Shown: in pieces, positions 60,211 to 64,000 of the stretch
Position numbering within the stretch: position 1 is the stretch's first letter
Layout of the letters: each line of letters opens with the position of its first letter
Source: Candidatus Iainarchaeum sp.
GTDB lineage: Archaea > Iainarchaeota > Iainarchaeia > Iainarchaeales > JAAZKV01
Direction: 5' to 3'
NCBI GenBank assembly: GCA_012799645.1
Contig: JAAZKV010000018.1
Location: 41,519-105,518, forward strand
Length of the DNA: 64,000 nucleotides
The notes under the pieces: model-generated
Database searches by the model: none
Seen by the model: the letters and a program-made list of their open reading frames with translations, nothing else
What the model was told of the DNA's origin: nothing
Translations under genes and position numbers: made by a program

Positions 60211-63200
60211 TTATTTAAAAATTTTGTAGTATATTCTCCAAAAATATTTGTCAATTCCTGCGGAGTGTATTCTTAGTGTTTTTTGTAGTTCGTTTGATAC
60301 TAGGTTTTGTTCAACTATTGCGAGTCGTTTTGTTAAACTCTCGATTTTTGTTTTGTATATTCTTGTTTCAACTAGTCCTTTGTTGAAGTATAATCCTTGT
60401 GTTTCTTTTATTGTTTCTAGTAATCCTTTTTTTTCTTGGCTTAATCTTGTTATTGGGGATTTGAATGTGAATGTGTTGTTCTTTTTGGTGGTGTAATTTA
60501 TTATGTCTTCTGATACTCTTGCTATTCTTTTTTCGAATTGGACTAGTGCATCGTAGTATTCTCCCATACTTATTTTGTTTTCTAGGAATGCTCTTTTTTG
60601 TAGATCTTGGATTAAATTTAGTAGTAGGTTGTTTTCTGAATTCAAATCTTTTAGTTTGTTTTTTATTAGTAGTAATTTTATTCCTGTGTAGAGTAAGTAT
60701 CCTGCTATGAGTAGTAGTATTGTCATTAGTATTAGCATATCTAGGTTTGCTAGTGCCCACACTAGTAGATTGAATTCTCCTTTTGTTTCCACACTGTAAG
60801 TTAGTTCTGCTTCTTTTAATCTTTCTAGTGCTACTGCATAATCTCCTCTTTTGAATGCGAGTTCGGCTAGTGCGAGTAATCTGTTTGTGTTTGGAGTGCT
60901 TATTCCTTGTCTTGTTGATATATTAACTAGGTTTGTTATTTTTTGTTGGGTTTCATTTGCTTTTATTGCTTGTTCGTAGATTTGTTTTGAGGTTAAATAG
61001 TTTTCTTTTACTTGATCGTATGCGTGTTTGTTGTATAGTGTTTGTGATTTGTTGAACAAATCATCAATACTTGATAATTTGTATCCTTTTGTTGTCATTG
61101 TTTGGACAAATTGGTCCATTTCTTCTAAATATTTTTTCGCGGTTTCTTTGTTCGTATCGTGGATTAGTAAATTTATTTGTCTTTCTTCTTTGAAACTTGT
61201 TCTTCTTTTGTAAGTGTCATAAAAATACCCTTCTATTGTGAATGTTAATTGGTATTCTCCAGGAGTAAAGTACTTTGGTGAGGTGATTTCTATTTCTGTA
61301 ACAAATTCTTGGTTCGAGTCAAGTTTTGCAATATTTGTGTCTTTTAGTTTTAAATAACTTGATATTATTCCTTCTACTTTTAGTCCTAAATCCTCCATTG
61401 AGTTGTTTAGTGGGTTTGTTACTTTTATTTTGAAACTTGAATCCTGTCCTCTTACTAGTTCAAAAAACTCGTTGGTTTGGAAAAACAAATTCTTTTGTTC
61501 AGGCGCAGTAAAAGGTAATCCACCCCCTCCTCCGCCACCACCAGAACCACTACCGCCACCACCAACTCCGCCCCCACTAGAACCACCACCAGAACCTCCA
61601 CCATCAATAATTATTGTTCCCCCTTTTGTTACTACTACAATATTTTTTGTATAGATTTGTGTTTTGTCAGGTAGTTCGCAACAATGAGCGGTTATTGTTA
61701 TTTGTTGTGTGCCTGTGTTTGCATCTTCTGGTATTTCAAATATTAATTCTCTTTCTATCCCCGGATCTGTGGGTGTTAAGTTGCCTAAAATATTTTCTGA
61801 TACTTCTCCGCTTTTTAGAACCCAATCTTCTGGATAGTTCCAATCTATTGTGATGGTGTTTGCATCTTCATTTCCTACATTAGTTAATCTTGCAATTATT
61901 GAAACATTTTTGTCTCCTTGTGTTACTATTATTGGGATTGTTGGGAACTCTAAAAGCATAAATGGTCCTGAGCTTAGTGATAAAATTGTTGCACTCACTT
62001 CGCCAAAAGTTGGATCGGCAGTTATTGTTGGACGAAGTGTTATTACTAAATCATCTCTTTTTTCGTTATTTTTTGTAACTAATCTTACTGCGTAATTTAT
62101 TGAAGAGTTTTTGTCAAGAATTAGTGATACTCCTGTTGTTGATTCTATTGATTCTACTGTTCCGTTGTTGTACCATATTTTTTCTTTGTCTTCCCAATTT
62201 GAACTTATTCTAAAAGAAATTGGTGCATCCCCTGTGTTTGTGATTGTGAATGTTCCTACATTTAGGTTTGTCGCTAGCGGAGTTGGTGGGAGTGTTCCGA
62301 AACTTGTTGGAGTTACTTCCCAAGTATAATCAACGAACACATTAATTGTGTTTGTTTCTGATGTTGTTAAGTAACCATAACTATCAGAAGTAGTAATGTA
62401 GTATTCGTAAATTCCACTATCGGGAGTGAGAGTGTAAGTGTATAAATAATTGTAATCAGTGTTGTTTGAATCTAGTGTCATTGGTTTAGGAACCCACTCT
62501 GACCAATTCGCATCCATTGTTTTTTTGGTTCTGTAAAATAATGAAACTGAATCAATTTGAGTGTATTCTCTTAACACTGTTTGGATTGTTACTGGAACAT
62601 TTGGGTCAAGATCAGCATCAGTGTTAGGCGAGTTTGTTAAACTATCAATTATTGGGCCTGAAACATCAGTTATTGTTGTTGTGTTATTGTCTGATACGGT
62701 GTTCATTGCAACATCTGATACATATGCGGTGCAAGTTAGTGTTCCTGCATTAACTTCGTCAGAAAGTAGAGTTACTAGTAGTGTTCCTGATTTTTCTCTT
62801 ATTGTGGTAACAAAATTTTTGTCAGTGTCTTTTGTGTCAGAAAAATTAACAACCACTTTTTCAACTAATATGTCATCACTAAATGTTACCGCGCAAGAAA
62901 TGTTTGAGTCATCATTGTGATCTGCTCCCAAAATTATTACTGATTGGATTTGTGGAGGGATAGGATCGTTACTTTGAACAGTGGATTGGAGAATGTTTAG
63001 TGGGTTTGTTAATGATTCAAATAAATTTGATACTGAATTAATAATGAATGTTGGATTAGTGAAACTATATGCAATGCTTGAAGAGAAAACATCTCCTGAA
63101 TTTATTTGCCCTGAATAACTTTGTCCATCAACTCTTATCTTTGATCCTGTTTGTGAAATATTTGTTGAATTTGATAGAGCTAAATTTCCTTGGTCTTTGT

Positions 63201-63996
63201 AAAAAAACGCGACAAATGAATCCAGTGTGTGTGGATCGTACACTCCAACAATGTTTGTGTCTGTTTGGGGTTGAGTAGGAAGAGTTGATAGTGAATTGGT
63301 TTGGTATAATCCGTTTTCGTTTGATACTTGTCGTGAAAATTGTGCTTTATCAAAAAGCATTATTGAGTTATTGTATTGATCTATTTCCAAGTTTCCTCTT
63401 GATGCAACATTTGTATCCACAATGAAGAAATCATTATTTGAGTAAAATGTGTATTTTTGGACAAAATCAAAAATTGATTGCGATCCGGTTATTGTTAATA
63501 CTGTTACTATTGGACCTGTAATGAGTGAAACTGCTGGAGAAGCTATTTGGTTCATTGAATAAGTTGATCCTAACAAATCTTGAATTCTTGGACCGAACAA
63601 TCCGTATGGAGAACTATTCAAATCGGTTGATGTCCCTATATTGCTTTGTATTTCTGTAACTAATCCTCCTTTGTTTGCTTCAACTAAAACATTGTAATCG
63701 CTTGTTGAAATTTTTATTTTGTTTGAATCATTTGTTAATGTAATGCTCGTATCGTAATTAGTGTTTCTGTCAAGAACAGAGTATCTTATTGAATAAATTT
63801 TGTTTTGGTCTTTTCCTATTGTTGAAAGGAATGCTAAATTTGCGCTTGTAATTAATCCTTCTCCTTGGTATCCGTACGCTTGTGAGGGGATTTCTTTGTA
63901 ATTAGTTCCGTTAAAATCAAGCACTCTTATTGAGTTTGGTTTTAGTGGGTATTCAAAATCTATTTTTTGATCTATTGGCCAAAACCATCTATCCAC
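60211..63996 (-). CDS. Giant membrane-anchored surface protein. Its N-terminus probably lies beyond the window end; the track 'start' at 63996 is a GTG.
   Basis: 1261+ aa. Large sequon-rich ectodomain, a poly-Gly linker (GGGSGGGSSGGGVGGGGSGSGGGGGGGG), a further helical ectodomain, one TM (LILMTILLLIAGYLLYTGIKLLL), and a ~230-aa cytoplasmic coiled-coil tail. Confidence 0.55.
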   Translation of the reverse strand: MDRWFWPIDQKIDFEYPLKPNSIRVLDFNGTNYKEIPSQAYGYQGEGLITSANLAFLSTIGKDQNKIYSIRYSVLDRNTNYDTSITLTNDSNKIKISTSDYNVLVEANKGGLVTEIQSNIGTSTDLNSSPYGLFGPRIQDLLGSTYSMNQIASPAVSLITGPIVTVLTITGSQSIFDFVQKYTFYSNNDFFIVDTNVASRGNLEIDQYNNSIMLFDKAQFSRQVSNENGLYQTNSLSTLPTQPQTDTNIVGVYDPHTLDSFVAFFYKDQGNLALSNSTNISQTGSKIRVDGQSYSGQINSGDVFSSSIAYSFTNPTFIINSVSNLFESLTNPLNILQSTVQSNDPIPPQIQSVIILGADHNDDSNISCAVTFSDDILVEKVVVNFSDTKDTDKNFVTTIREKSGTLLVTLLSDEVNAGTLTCTAYVSDVAMNTVSDNNTTTITDVSGPIIDSLTNSPNTDADLDPNVPVTIQTVLREYTQIDSVSLFYRTKKTMDANWSEWVPKPMTLDSNNTDYNYLYTYTLTPDSGIYEYYITTSDSYGYLTTSETNTINVFVDYTWEVTPTSFGTLPPTPLATNLNVGTFTITNTGDAPISFRISSNWEDKEKIWYNNGTVESIESTTGVSLILDKNSSINYAVRLVTKNNEKRDDLVITLRPTITADPTFGEVSATILSLSSGPFMLLEFPTIPIIVTQGDKNVSIIARLTNVGNEDANTITIDWNYPEDWVLKSGEVSENILGNLTPTDPGIERELIFEIPEDANTGTQQITITAHCCELPDKTQIYTKNIVVVTKGGTIIIDGGGSGGGSSGGGVGGGGSGSGGGGGGGGLPFTAPEQKNLFFQTNEFFELVRGQDSSFKIKVTNPLNNSMEDLGLKVEGIISSYLKLKDTNIAKLDSNQEFVTEIEITSPKYFTPGEYQLTFTIEGYFYDTYKRRTSFKEERQINLLIHDTNKETAKKYLEEMDQFVQTMTTKGYKLSSIDDLFNKSQTLYNKHAYDQVKENYLTSKQIYEQAIKANETQQKITNLVNISTRQGISTPNTNRLLALAELAFKRGDYAVALERLKEAELTYSVETKGEFNLLVWALANLDMLILMTILLLIAGYLLYTGIKLLLIKNKLKDLNSENNLLLNLIQDLQKRAFLENKISMGEYYDALVQFEKRIARVSEDIINYTTKKNNTFTFKSPITRLSQEKKGLLETIKETQGLYFNKGLVETRIYKTKIESLTKRLAIVEQNLVSNELQKTLRIHSAGIDKYFWRIYYKIFK

Positions 63997-64000
63997 TGAA

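Noticed and set aside
61513-61605. GC-rich island considered as a structured RNA gene
   Set aside because: It is in frame within a long ORF and encodes a Gly/Ser linker; the GC content is explained by Gly codons.
1-64000. Searched by eye for tRNA, rRNA, RNase P/SRP RNA, transposases, integrases and toxin-antitoxin pairs
   Set aside because: No GC-rich cloverleaf-sized islands were found in intergenic DNA other than the coding poly-Gly segment. No DDE, tyrosine or serine recombinase motifs were recognised. A covariance-model scan would be needed to exclude small ncRNAs.

Overview
Very AT-rich (about 25-30% GC), gene-dense window with clearly archaeal content; the K/N/I-rich proteins and giant N-glycosylation-sequon-rich surface proteins are consistent with a DPANN-like or other small AT-rich archaeon (taxon is inference). 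Layout: (1) 3-9.1 kb, a trio of large secreted/surface proteins, the first 5'-truncated at the window edge. (2) 9.2-17.1 kb, a replication/division island: SepF-like, an AT-rich putative oriC, orc1/cdc6, and convergent overlapping PolD small and large subunit genes. (3) UPF0147, a NOG1-type GTPase, secF-secD, an archaeosortase-like membrane protein, CDP-archaeol synthase plus a DUF92 membrane protein, r-proteins S3Ae and S15, and Bud32. (4) A bacterial-type grpE-dnaK-dnaJ locus with a divergent winged-helix regulator and phased operator-like repeats. (5) ADP-forming acetyl-CoA synthetase, Dus, a DtdA-like protein, an unannotated PC4-like small ORF with a hairpin/T-tract terminator, and a porGDAB pyruvate:ferredoxin oxidoreductase operon. 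(6) A roughly 16 kb same-strand isoprenoid supercluster encoding the complete archaeal-type AcnX/UbiD mevalonate pathway: HMGR, HMGCS, thiolase, DUF35, MVK, UbiX, UbiD-like decarboxylase, AcnX large and small subunits, and IPK, followed by IDI-2 and GGPPS. It is interrupted by an NfnB/GltD-like oxidoreductase, a DedA-like protein, two paralogous tiny basic proteins and a GNAT. (7) 58.4-64 kb, a KaiC-like ATPase, a coiled-coil membrane protein, and a giant membrane-anchored surface protein with a poly-Gly linker; this last ORF runs into the window edge and is probably N-terminally truncated. No rRNA, tRNA, CRISPR array, transposase or integrase was recognised. Most antisense ORFs in the track are AT-rich low-complexity artefacts. 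Several tandem-repeat arrays lie in intergenic regions. All functional calls come from motif recognition by eye; no database searches were run.
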